In this document: piece after piece, positions 37,001 through 47,448 of the stretch
Layout of the letters: the number at the start of each line of letters is the position of its first letter
Position numbering within the stretch: the first letter of the stretch is position 1
Origin: Macrostomum lignano
Taxonomy: Eukaryota
NCBI GenBank assembly: GCA_002269645.1
Contig: NIVC01001909.1
Location: 1 to 64,000 of the forward strand
Length of the DNA: 64,000 nt
Direction: 5' to 3'
The notes under the pieces: generated by a model
Told to the model about the DNA's origin: nothing
Databases searched by the model: none
Seen by the model: the letters and a program-made list of their open reading frames with translations, nothing else
Position numbers and translations under genes: made by a program

Positions 37001-40000
37001 AGTTTTCCTCTCTTTATTGCGGTATTATGAGTGTTTGCAATGGTCTGTTAGGGGCCACATTCCGGTTAGTGTATTGCCTTAGTTGGAGAGTTTCATAAAG
37101 GTGGAACGATTTTCAGGGATATAAGAGAAAGTGGGAGAATGAGATGAGGAGAGACAGGGAGAGAGACATGGAAAGACAGGGAGAGAGACAGTGAGAGACA
37201 GGGAGAGAGACAGTGAGAGACAGAGAGAGAGACAGGGAGAGAGACAGGGAGAGGGACAGGGAGAGAGACAGGGAGAGACAGGGAGAGAGACAGGGAGAGA
37301 CAGGGAGAGAGACAGGGAGAGGCAGGGAGAGAGACAGGGAGAGGCAGGGAGAGACAGAGAGAGACAGTGAGAGACAGGGAGAGAGACAGTGAGAGACAGA
37401 GAGAGAGACAGGGAGAGAGACAGGGAGAGGGACAGGGAGAGAGACAGGGAGAGACAGGGAGAGAGACAGGGAGAGACAGGGAGAGAGACAGGGAGAGGCA
37501 GGGAGAGAGACAGGGAGAGGCAGGGAGAGACAGGGAGAGAGACAGGGAGAGGCAGGGAGAGAGACAGGGAGAGGCAGGGAGAGAGACAGGGAGAGGCAGG
37601 GAGAGGCAGGGAGAGGCAGGGAGGGAGACAGGGAGAGGCAGGGAGAGAGGCAGGGAGAGAGACAAAGAGAGACAGGGAGAGGCAGGGAGAGAGACAAAGA
37701 GAGACAGGGAGAGGCAGGGAGAGAGACAAAGAGAGACAGGGAGAGAGACAGGGAGAGGGACAGGGAGAGACAGGGAGAGAGACAGGGAGAGGCAGGGAGA
37801 GAGACAGGGAGAGGCAGGGAGAGACAGAGAGAGACAGGGAGAGGCAGGGAGAGAGACAAAGAGAGACAGGGAGAGGCAGGGAGAGAGACAAAGAGAGACA
37901 GGGAGAGACAGGGAGAGAGACAGGGAGAGAGACAGGGAGAGAGACAGGGAGAGAGACAGGGAGAGGGACAGGGAGAGAGACAGGGAGAGACAGGGAGAGG
38001 GACAGGGAGAGACAGGGAGAGGGACAGGGAGAGAGACAGGGAGAGACAGGGAGAGAGACAGGGAGAGACAGGGAGAGGGACAGGGAGAGATATAGGGAGA
38101 GGGACTGCATCTGTTGCCTTCAGCAATCTGCTAGAACAATAAAAGATTATGTCCCCTATACGCAAGTTAATTTGCTATTTAATCTACCGATATGTTGCGT
38201 AGTAGGTTTGACGGCGACTAATTCCCAATAAAAGAAGTCCCAATACAGAAAACTGCAAGCAACTACTATCAGTATTAATGACATTAGGAAATAGGATCAG
38301 TCCCACCCTGCACCGCAATATCTAAGTTTAATTTTTTATATTGAAACAAGGAAATGATTCCAGTCCGGAACCAAAAATTTTATCGCCTAAAGCGGAAAAG
38401 CAGTTCTGCTGAGCGGCATCGGGTATCTCAGTCTCAATTGCTTCTGCTCAAATTTGCTCAAAACTGCCCGTGATTCATAAGAGTCTTTGTTTGGATTTAA
38501 AATAATGAGGCCTTCCAGAAGATTTTATAAGACCGTCTAGACAGAAATTGTGTCTCTTTTTAATAATCATAAATCAAACTACACGACATTGTCTAGATGA
38601 TACTGCGAGTTCTGCTGCTCATGATCATTAATGACACTGCTCATGATCATCAATGACACTGCTCATGATCATTAATGACACTGCTCATGATCATTAATGA
38701 CACTGCTCATGATCATTAATAACACTGCTCATGATCATTAATGACACTGCTCATGATCATTAATCACACTGCTCATGATCATTAATGACACTGCTCATGA
38801 TCATTAATCACACTGCTCATGATCATTAATAACATTGCTCATGATCATTAATCACACTGCTCATGATCATTAATGACACTGCTCATGGTCATTAATCACA
38901 CTGCTCATGATCATTAATGACACTGCTCATGATCATTAATGACACTGCTCATGATCATTAATAACATTGCTCATGATCATTAATCACACTGCTCATGATC
39001 ATTAATGACACTGCTCATGATCATTAATGACACTGCTCATGATCATTAATGACACTGCTCATGATCATTAATAACACTGCTCATGATCATTAATAACATT
39101 GCTCATGGTCATTAATCACACTGCTCAAGATCATTAATCACACTGCTCATGATCATTAATGACACTGCTCATGATCATTAATGACACTGCTCATGATCAT
39201 TAATGACACTGCTCATGATCATTAATGACACTGCTCATGATCATTAATGACACTGCTCATGATCATTAATAACACTGCTCATGATCATTAATGACACTGC
39301 TCATGATCATTAATCACACTGCTCATGATCATCAATGACACTGCTCATGATCATTAATGACACTGCTCATGATCATTAATGACACTGCTCATGATCATTA
39401 ATAACACTGCTCATGATCATTAATGACACTGCTCATGATCATTAATCACACTGCTCATGATCATTAATGACACTGCTCATGATCATTAATCACACTGCTC
39501 ATGATCATTAATAACATTGCTCATGATCATTAATCACACTGCTCATGATCATTAATGACACTGCTCATGGTCATTAATCACACTGCTCATGATCATTAAT
39601 GACACTGCTCATGATCATTAATAACACTGCTCATGATCATTAATAACATTGCTCATGATCATTAATGACACTGCTCATGATCATTAATGACACTGCTCAT
39701 GATCATTAATGACACTGCTCATGATCATTAATAACACTGCTCATGATCATTAATAACACTGCTCATGATCATTAATAACATTGCTCATGGTCATTAATCA
39801 CACTGCTCAAGATCATTAATCACACTGCTCATGATCATTAATGACACTGCTCATGATCATTAATGACACTGCTCATGATCATTAATGACACTGCTCATGA
39901 TCATTAATGACACTGCTCATGATCATTAATGACACTGCTCATGATCATTAATGACACTGCTCATCACCATGACGAATTATTAAGACTTCTCACAGTCAAG

Positions 40001-42184
40001 CAAAAGCGATACCGAGCATCGCAGTATGCATTGAAACCAATTTTTTTTCATGAGAATCTTTTTAGAGAAAGAAGAAAAATTGTCACACGCCTACAAAAGG
40101 CTGCCGTTGACGCTTTCCATTATTTAGAAAAATAGGCTACAGCATCAATAGCCTCATATATCCATCTCTCAGATGCGCTCAAAACTCATGGGAGGCTTGT
40201 CAAGTTGTCAAGTTGTCAAAACGATAGCTATATGCCCAACCCTTGACGCGAAGTGCTCAATAAAACAATTATATTTACTCTTCGTGCACATATTCTCGCA
40301 TGGGAAACTGACTGACCCGAAACGAAACGGTTGAGTTGCTTTGACTTCTGCGTCTCATAACTTTGCCATCTGAAGGCGCCATCACTGCGGCAATGGTCAT
40401 TTCTGTCTGTGTCTGTCTGTCTGCCTGTCTGTCTGTCCATCTCTAGCACAAGCATATAATTAACTGTCTCTAAAGCGGCAGCCGCTTAGTTCGAGCTGAT
40501 GAAATGAAAACGGTAAGAAATCGGCGGACCGGGGAGCACAATAGAGCGCAGGGTTGCGCACTAGTAGACCCTATTATATAGAGAGTTGCAGAAAATGGAA
40601 AATTGAAGACATGAAGCAAAAGCGAGTTGGTCAATGGCAGTTAGAAGCAGCACGCTGCCTCCATATGTTGCTTGTTGTGTGCAACTAAACTGTATAATAA
40701 ACAGGAGCATGCACTACCCATGGACCGATTTCAATTATCGTGTGGAGGACTGGGGCCAAGTTTATGTGTTCATCTATAAAGCAGAATTTATAATAATAAC
40801 TTTAGTAAAATCTTTAGAAGACGGGAAAACGGGAAAACAACCTGTTAAAAATATTTTTTTTACTCTAAATTCTCCTATTAAAGCCTTCCATGCACGAAAA
40901 TTGATCAAGTTAGGGTTTAAACATTACATTATCCGAAAATTAAGTGCGCAATTTTGTATGTTATATTTTTTCTTTACCCCATCACGCCATATGTAACCGT
41001 GCTCGTGCTCATAAATTCATTGCAGTTTCTTTTCTTTGGTCTCACTGTTTCAGTTTCTGTCTCGTCTCTTCTCGTTCGTGTAAAAAACCGCAACACGACC
41101 CCGTTTTATTTTATGGCTTTTTCCTCTATTGTGCTCACTGTGAGGCGGCGGTGCAGCAGGACAGCACGACTCAACCCAGTGAGAATTTCACAGTGGATGC
41201 GCAGCCTCTGAATGCATGAATGGCATTTTGTTTCCTTTGAAAAACGCATGAATATTTTACAAGAAATAAACTTTGAAAACTTGTGGGCGTCAGAGAAGTT
41301 CGAAATTCGAGAAGTTCGAAGTTCGAGAAGTTCGAGACTTCTCACATTGATCATTAATGACACTGCTCATGATCATCAATGACACTGCTCATGATCATTA
41401 ATGACACTGCTCATGATCATTAATGACACTGCCCATGATCATTAATGACACTGCTCATTATCAATGACACTGCTCATGATCATCAATGACACTGCTCATG
41501 ATCATTAATGACACTGCTCATGATCATTAATGACACTGCTCATAATCATTAATGATCCTCGAGAAGCTCGAAGTTCGAGAAGTTCGAGACTTCTCTGACG
41601 CCCACAAGTTTTCAAAGTTTATTGCTTATTAAATATTCACAGTTTTTCAAAGGAAACAAAATGCCATGCAGACGTAAGTATGAAGGCATTCAGAGGCTGC
41701 GCATCCACTGTGAAATTCTCACTCGGTTGAGTCGTGCTGTCCTGCTGAACCGCCGCCTCACAGTGAGCACAATAGAGGAAAAAGCTATAAAATAAAACGG
41801 GGTCGTGTACTTCTTGTGAAGTTTAGGATTTTTTAAGCTTGGAGTTTGTGAAGCTTTTCATGTGATTTGTGAAGCTTGGGGTTTGTGGAGCTAATTGGTG
41901 TTTGTGAAACTTGAATTTTCAAAAGAAGATTTGGTCTCAATTCATTTTTAAAGAACTGCACTCCATATCAGAAACTCACCGCCCGACCACTGCTTGCCGC
42001 CGACTCTGTCGCTGCAGTGGCGCTTCGACGAACTGTGAGATTCCTTGGCAGGCCGGAGCAACCGTCAGCTGCCTCCTCAGCGCCTTCAGCTGCGTCATGC
42101 CGATTCGGCACAATGTAAGTGGCAGATTGTTGCAGATAGCTCGAATCGGCAGTCTTTTTGCTGCCGAAATTGGTAAAATCTGGC

Positions 42185-42216
<32 letters not shown>

Positions 42217-42252
42217 AGGACGCCACAAAGACGCTTGAGAACTGATCAGCAT
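34051..42252 (-). CDS. PRDM1: PRDM1/Blimp-1 transcriptional repressor (PR/SET domain + 5 C2H2 zinc fingers), 4 coding exons, ~598 aa
   Basis: Exons 42252-41980, 36470-36372, 36010-35791 and 35255-34051 (phases 0, 0, 1) join in frame with GT-AG. The N-terminal TYIV...LPRNL, the PR motifs [16 protein letters not shown]...LYFYT and ELVAWY, and the fingers [32 protein letters not shown] and [14 protein letters not shown] are characteristic of Blimp-1. Confidence 0.96.
35288..35619 (-). mobile_element. tRNA-derived SINE in Blimp-1 intron 3
   Basis: Minus strand: A-box TAGCCTAGTGG, degenerate B-box GGTTTTATTC, the common SINE body motif GTGTCCTTGAGCAAGACACTTAAC, and a (TTA)n tail. Confidence 0.8.
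36055..36345. repeat. (CAGA)n-derived microsatellite, Blimp-1 intron 2
   Basis: Visible CAGA / CACTAAGA repeats. Confidence 0.93.
37145..38102. repeat. GAGAGACAGG-type purine-rich repeat, Blimp-1 intron 1
   Basis: About 950 bp of 10/12-bp units. Confidence 0.95.
38615..39964. repeat. 22-bp palindrome-rich satellite (CTGCTCATGATCATTAATGACA)
   Basis: About 61 copies; the unit contains overlapping palindromes TCATGA, ATGATCAT and TCATTAATGA. Confidence 0.97.
41093..41808. mobile_element. MITE with ~210-bp TIRs and an internal block of the same 22-bp satellite
   Basis: ACACGACCCCGTTTTATTTTAT...GTGGGCGTCAGAGAAG (41093-~41300) is mirrored by CTTCTCTGACGCCCAC...ATAAAATAAAACGGGGTCGTGT (~41590-41808). 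About 9 satellite units lie at 41346-41555. Confidence 0.88.
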
Positions 42253-42599
42253 TTGAGTTACTATTAGTAGCTCTGTTTTCTATCTGCAACGAAAATAATC
42301 AATATTTTTACTCCATATAGGGTTTGTGAAGATTGGGGTTTGTGAAGATTACATGGTTTGTGAAGATTAGGGCTTGTGAAGATTGGGGTTTGTGAAGATT
42401 ATGGTTTGTGAAGATTGGGGTTTTGGGGTTTGTGAATCACTTAAGCGCTGCTTTAAATCCCTGAGAACTTTCTATCTCGCCAGTGCTTCCTTTCTGCTTG
42501 AAAGCAATTAAGTGAGCAACTTACTAATCAGCTTGAGATGGCCTGACGGTCTGTAGGATTCGGTGACTAGCAGTTTCAGTTAAATTATAGTTTGTCAAC

Positions 42600-42830
42600 T
42601 AGCTATATAGGCTTTGGAGACTTTGAAGAGGGGGCGGCAAGTCTATGAGATTGAGCAGTTCTCTCATTGGTCATTGGCCCCTGTTGTGGAAATGAGCTAA
42701 GCGAAAGGCGTGGGCCGCCTCCTGTCCTCCTGAAACTGCGGACGCCTCTCATTGGCTGCAGGTCGGGCCGCAAAACTGGGGGTTGGGAGGAGAAACCCCC
42801 CCTGTGCAAGCTAAAACATTTTCAACAATA
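42600..42830 (-). promoter_or_regulatory. Putative Blimp-1 promoter (three CCAAT boxes and a GC box)
   Basis: ATTGG on plus (CCAAT on minus) at 42666, 42673 and 42751, and GGGGCGGC at ~42631, 350-580 bp upstream of the ATG. Confidence 0.45.
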
Positions 42831-42880
42831 CAATGGAAGGAGGGACTCAAGTGTCCACTGCGATGTATGATCATTGATAC

Positions 42881-43513
42881 CGCCCCTGTGCAACTAAATC
42901 CGCCCCTGTGCAACTAAATCCGCCCCTGTGCAACTAAATCCGCCCCTGTGCAACTAAATCCGCCCCTGTGCAACTAAATCCGCCCCTGTGCAACTAAATC
43001 CGCCCCTGTGCAACTAAATCCGCCCCTGTGCAACTAAATCCGCCCCTGTGCAACTAAATCCGCCCCTGTGCAACTAAATCCGCCCCTGTGCAACTAAATC
43101 CGCCCCTGTGCAACTAAATCCGCCCCTGTGCAACTAAATCCGCCCCTGTGCAACTAAATCCGCCCCTGTGCAACTAAATCCGCCCCTGTGCAACTAAATC
43201 CGCCCCTGTGCAACTAAATCCGCCCCTGTGCAACTAAATCCGCCCCTGTGCAACTAAATCCGCCCCTGTGCAACTAAATCCGCCCCTGTGCAACTAAATC
43301 CGCCCCTGTGCAACTAAATCCGCCCCTGTGCAACTAAATCCGCCCCTGTGCAACTAAATCCGCCCCTGTGCAACTAAATCCGCCCCTGTGCAACTGAAGC
43401 CGCCCCTGTGAAACTAAATCCGCCCCTGTGCAACTGAAGCCGCCCCTGTGCAACTAAATCCGCCCCTGTGCAACTAAATCCGCCCCTGTGCAACTGAAGC
43501 CGCCCCTGTGAAA
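42881..43513. repeat. Near-perfect 20-bp minisatellite (CGCCCCTGTGCAACTAAATC)
   Basis: 32 units; the first 25 are identical. Confidence 0.97.
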
Positions 43514-43559
43514 GGTAGAGGAATTGCTGACAACAGGCACAACGAGGCACAAAATTGCA

Positions 43560-43800
43560 GCCTCGATGTTTTCAGGCACGCAGAGCACGACAGCCTTCTG
43601 AATGCGTGTTGACCCACGCGTCGCCGCAGCAGAAAGCCGTTGAAGTTGGTATAGGAACGAACAGGAACGGCGCGAACGTAAACTCCCTAAAGCGCTTCAG
43701 AGGATGTCTCGATAAAGTCATGTTGTATATGCGCAGATCACTTTTGGGAGCACGCGGACCTAATGACCGAGTCGAACAACCATGAATCTTCAACCTCGGT
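43560..43800 (-). pseudogene. Possible P-element/THAP9-like transposase C-terminal relic
   Basis: The minus frame gives IETSSEAL*...GFLLRRRV...RLSCSACL, loosely like the ALxYxAG...CxxC C-terminal region of P-type transposases. Recalled from memory; weak. Confidence 0.25.
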
Positions 43801-44668
43801 GCTCCTCTTGCCTTATGCGTGCCCGGCTTTAGTTTGCATGGAATAGCGGCGTTGTTCTCTGCATGTCGTCCATTCGTAGGGTGCCTCTGCTTTTGGTCAC
43901 TCTAGAAGCCTCCTAGGCCCCGCCGTACTCAGGTGAACTTCATTGCAGCCACGATAATCGATGATTAATTAGCCTCAAAAAGTAAATTGTTTCATAAAAA
44001 ATTATAATTATGTTTTTCGCAACAGTTTTATTAAAAATTTGATTGCCACTGCATATAGCGCTGCGGAGCTGGATATTAGCCGCCATTCTGACAATTACTA
44101 TACAGGCAAAAGCAAGCGCATGCGCAAGCACGAATTTAATTTAGAGACCATGCGGATGGACTCAACCCTATACGCTGCAATGCGTGTAAATTCCGTTAAT
44201 TACCCAAACTCAACCGCGGTGCGTAAGTCTCTTTATTAATCAACGAAATTCTGAGCAACAGACTTTGCTGCCGGCCGCCCGCTGGCCGGCGCTGCCGCCA
44301 CTGAGTCTCGACTACAGGAAAGGGGGGCCTGCAGACCGTGACAGCCCCGGTCTCGCGTCAACCGGTCCCTGGATAAATGATGCTTGTAATGAGTAATAAA
44401 AACTAGCTTTCATATTAGGGATAAATTTATTAGGATCTGAGGAAGGAGGGGGTTGCTTGGATGACCACACCGATGGCTGCAGAGACAAATTTGCTTTCTA
44501 CGAGTATATGCGTAGTTTTTTAATGACCAAAAAGTAAGTGTGGGATAAAACTGACTGCCCGTATTGCCGCGCGGTCCCGCGCTCTCATTCAGGGACTGCT
44601 GAATGAGCAGCAAGGATTCAACTGGATTGGAAACTATGAATTGAAATTTAGTTTCGAAGCAACCAGTA

Positions 44669-45110
44669 TGGCGCCACTATAGACATCATGACATCACATC
44701 AATGGTGTCTAATTACCATGCAGTATAGATACCAATGTGGCGCCACTATAGACATCATGACATCACATCAATGGTGTCTAATTACCATGCAGTATAGATA
44801 CCAATGTGGCGCCACTATAGACATCATGACATCACATCAATGGTGTCTAATTACCATGCAGTATAGATACCAATGTGGCGCCACTATAGACATCATGACA
44901 TCACATCAATGGTGTCTAATTACCATGCAGTATAGATACCAATGTGGCGCCACTATAGACATCATGACATCACATCAATGGTGTCTAATTACCATGCAAT
45001 ATAGATACCAATGTGGCGCCACTATAGACATCGTGACATCACATCAATGGTTTCTAATTACCATGCAGTATAGATACCAATGTGGCGCCACATTGACACC
45101 GATTCGGCTA
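44669..45110. repeat. 69-bp tandem repeat (GGCGCCACTATAGACATCATGACATCACATCAATGG...)
   Basis: About 6 copies, period 69. Confidence 0.93.
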
Positions 45111-46540
45111 CGAGTACGAGTATTATAGACATCAGTATGGCGCCACTATAGACACCAATTTGGCGTCACTATAGACACCAGTATGGCGCGGTTACGCCAC
45201 TATCGAAACCAATGTCTTTTGGGTCTGGACTTGACGCTCAAGAATCTCAGGACAAGCTTCAATCCATAAGGTTTCCTAATTCCCAGTCCAGATCGCTTAT
45301 CAACAATAATCGCAGTCCTTGTGCCGCATCCAGCATGAAAGGTAAGTGAAGCTTTTTTCAGGAAATTGGCCTCCAAAAATTACACGACGATCGTTGAGTT
45401 TTACGCCCTGTTAAAGTGGTCCTTACGTCAGGAATGTACATTTTACACTCTCTGTGCCTTGGGGGCAGTGCTTCGCCCCCTCGGCTGAAGGGGTGCTTTG
45501 AGCCTGAAGTATCGCTGAAGGAGGGTAGCGGCGCTCACTGCAGAGTATGGGCGGCCATCCTCATCACTCTGCAGTTCACATTTCCTGCATCAATGAAACA
45601 GATTGCACAGTGGGACCTGTACAGGTAGTTAAGCTTGGCCACACACCTTCAGATTGGTTTAATAGCCCCTGCAGGGTGACCAACTCATAAACGGATTATG
45701 AATTATGACTATTTTCAGACCCACACCCTATAATGCCCTGCACGGTATAAAAGATAACAGAGCGCTGATGTAAGGCCAGGCTGTGACTCTTCTCTTTCAT
45801 CATGGTTTCCATCCACCGCCTCGAGCCTCCCGCATCTGCCCACATGTTGCTCGCAGTTTTAGCTCAGCTGCTCACTGCTCACCCCCCCATACCACCGAGT
45901 TTTGCTGCTGGTTCAAAAATGGAGTCTCACCCACTCCAGGTACCGTTAGTTGCCATCCATGACAAAGCTGACTCTATAATGGAGAAACGATGATTATTCA
46001 CAAGCCTCCGGGAGACCGGTAGGGTGGACCGGACCCTCAGCTTCGGGAAGGGGTGGGAGTGCAGTTAGCGCGGCACAGGTGTCTGTGTGTGAGCAGTGGT
46101 GACTAAAGCAATGATGCATTTGCTGCCGGTAGCCAGCAGCAGCAAACTCAAAATGGATTATGGAGGCTGACTGACCGGACTCCCACATCATATAATTATC
46201 ACTGTTTCAAGTGTTGCTTGCACAGATCAAATCTAATATTAGAAATCGTGCCTACATCATCTTTCAGTTCTAATGCAGCTCAACAGGAGACAGAGAGACA
46301 GACTAAATGACTGAAATAATTCATACAATCCAAGTGGCAAATATATTATGAAGACAAAGCGACCCCGCAGATGTGGTCATTTCTGTTTTAATCAGGGCCC
46401 CGTCAATATCATTTTGTAATTAGCGTTGAAAAGCTAACAAATAAAATTGATTGCTTAGCAAAGTCTCATCAATAATTCTCTGCTAAAACTGCCGTATTGC
46501 AGCAGAGTGACCGTCTTTCAGGTCAGCTAATGCCGCAGTG

Positions 46541-47095
46541 TCTGACACAGTGCCGCTACCCCCTGACACCAAATCTGACACAGTGCCGCTACCCCCCTGA
46601 CACCAAATCTGACACAGTGCCGCTACCCCCCTGACACCAAATCTGACACAGTGCCGCTACCCCCTGACACCAAATCTGACACAGTGCCGCTACCCCCCTG
46701 ACACCAAATCTGACACAGTGCCGCTACCCCCTGTCACTATCTGACACAGTGCCGCTACCCCCCTGACACCAAATCTGACACAGTGCCGCTACCCCCCTGA
46801 CACCAAATCTGACACAGTGCCGCTACCCCCTGTCACTATCTGACACAGTGCCGCTACCCCTCTGACAGCGTCTGACACAAACGTTGGCCCCAACCATCTG
46901 ACACAGACATGAGCCCCAACCATATGACACAGGCATTAGCCCAACCATCTGACACAGCCATTGGCCCCACCATCTGACACCCATTGGCCCCACCATCTGA
47001 CACAGCCATTGGCCCCACCATCTGACACCCATTGGCCCCACCATCTGACACAGCCATTGGCCCAAAGATATCACACAGATGGGGCCACCATCTGA
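46541..47095. repeat. Compound minisatellite: 34/35-bp (TCTGACACAGTGCCGCTACCCCCTGACACCAAA) then ~25-bp (CCATCTGACACAGCCATTGGCCCCA)
   Basis: Two related arrays immediately upstream of plastin-like gene A. Confidence 0.9.
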
Positions 47096-47448
47096 CTGAC
47101 CAAATATTTTCTTTGGATACAGAAACCCTAAGCCATTTTTTTAAGGTAACTCGCTTTGCTGTAAATGAAGATACGCTATAGTTTTTTATCGAAAAGCTAC
47201 ATAATTTATTCTACAGGACAAATGACACTACTTCAAGTAGTTCGTATTCAATTCAGTATTTAGTGTTAAGAAAAGCTTCTGAAAAAATTGTCTATGGCTT
47301 AAAGTTATTAACCGATTCAAGTCTAGTCAAGGCATTGTAGAATTTCACCGATTAGAAGGCGCACGGAAGCATCACTAATCTGTCTGAGAAACCAACAAAA
47401 TTAAAAAGAACATTCCAATAATTTTCGACAACGCACCAACCTGGAATC

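Noticed and set aside
37079-38231. SLSLPV / RDRE ORFs
   Set aside because: Intronic purine repeat within Blimp-1 intron 1.
41295-41340. Heat-shock-element-like GAA/TTC repeats
   Set aside because: Spacing is mostly GAAnTTC rather than three alternating nGAAn units, and they are MITE subterminal repeats.
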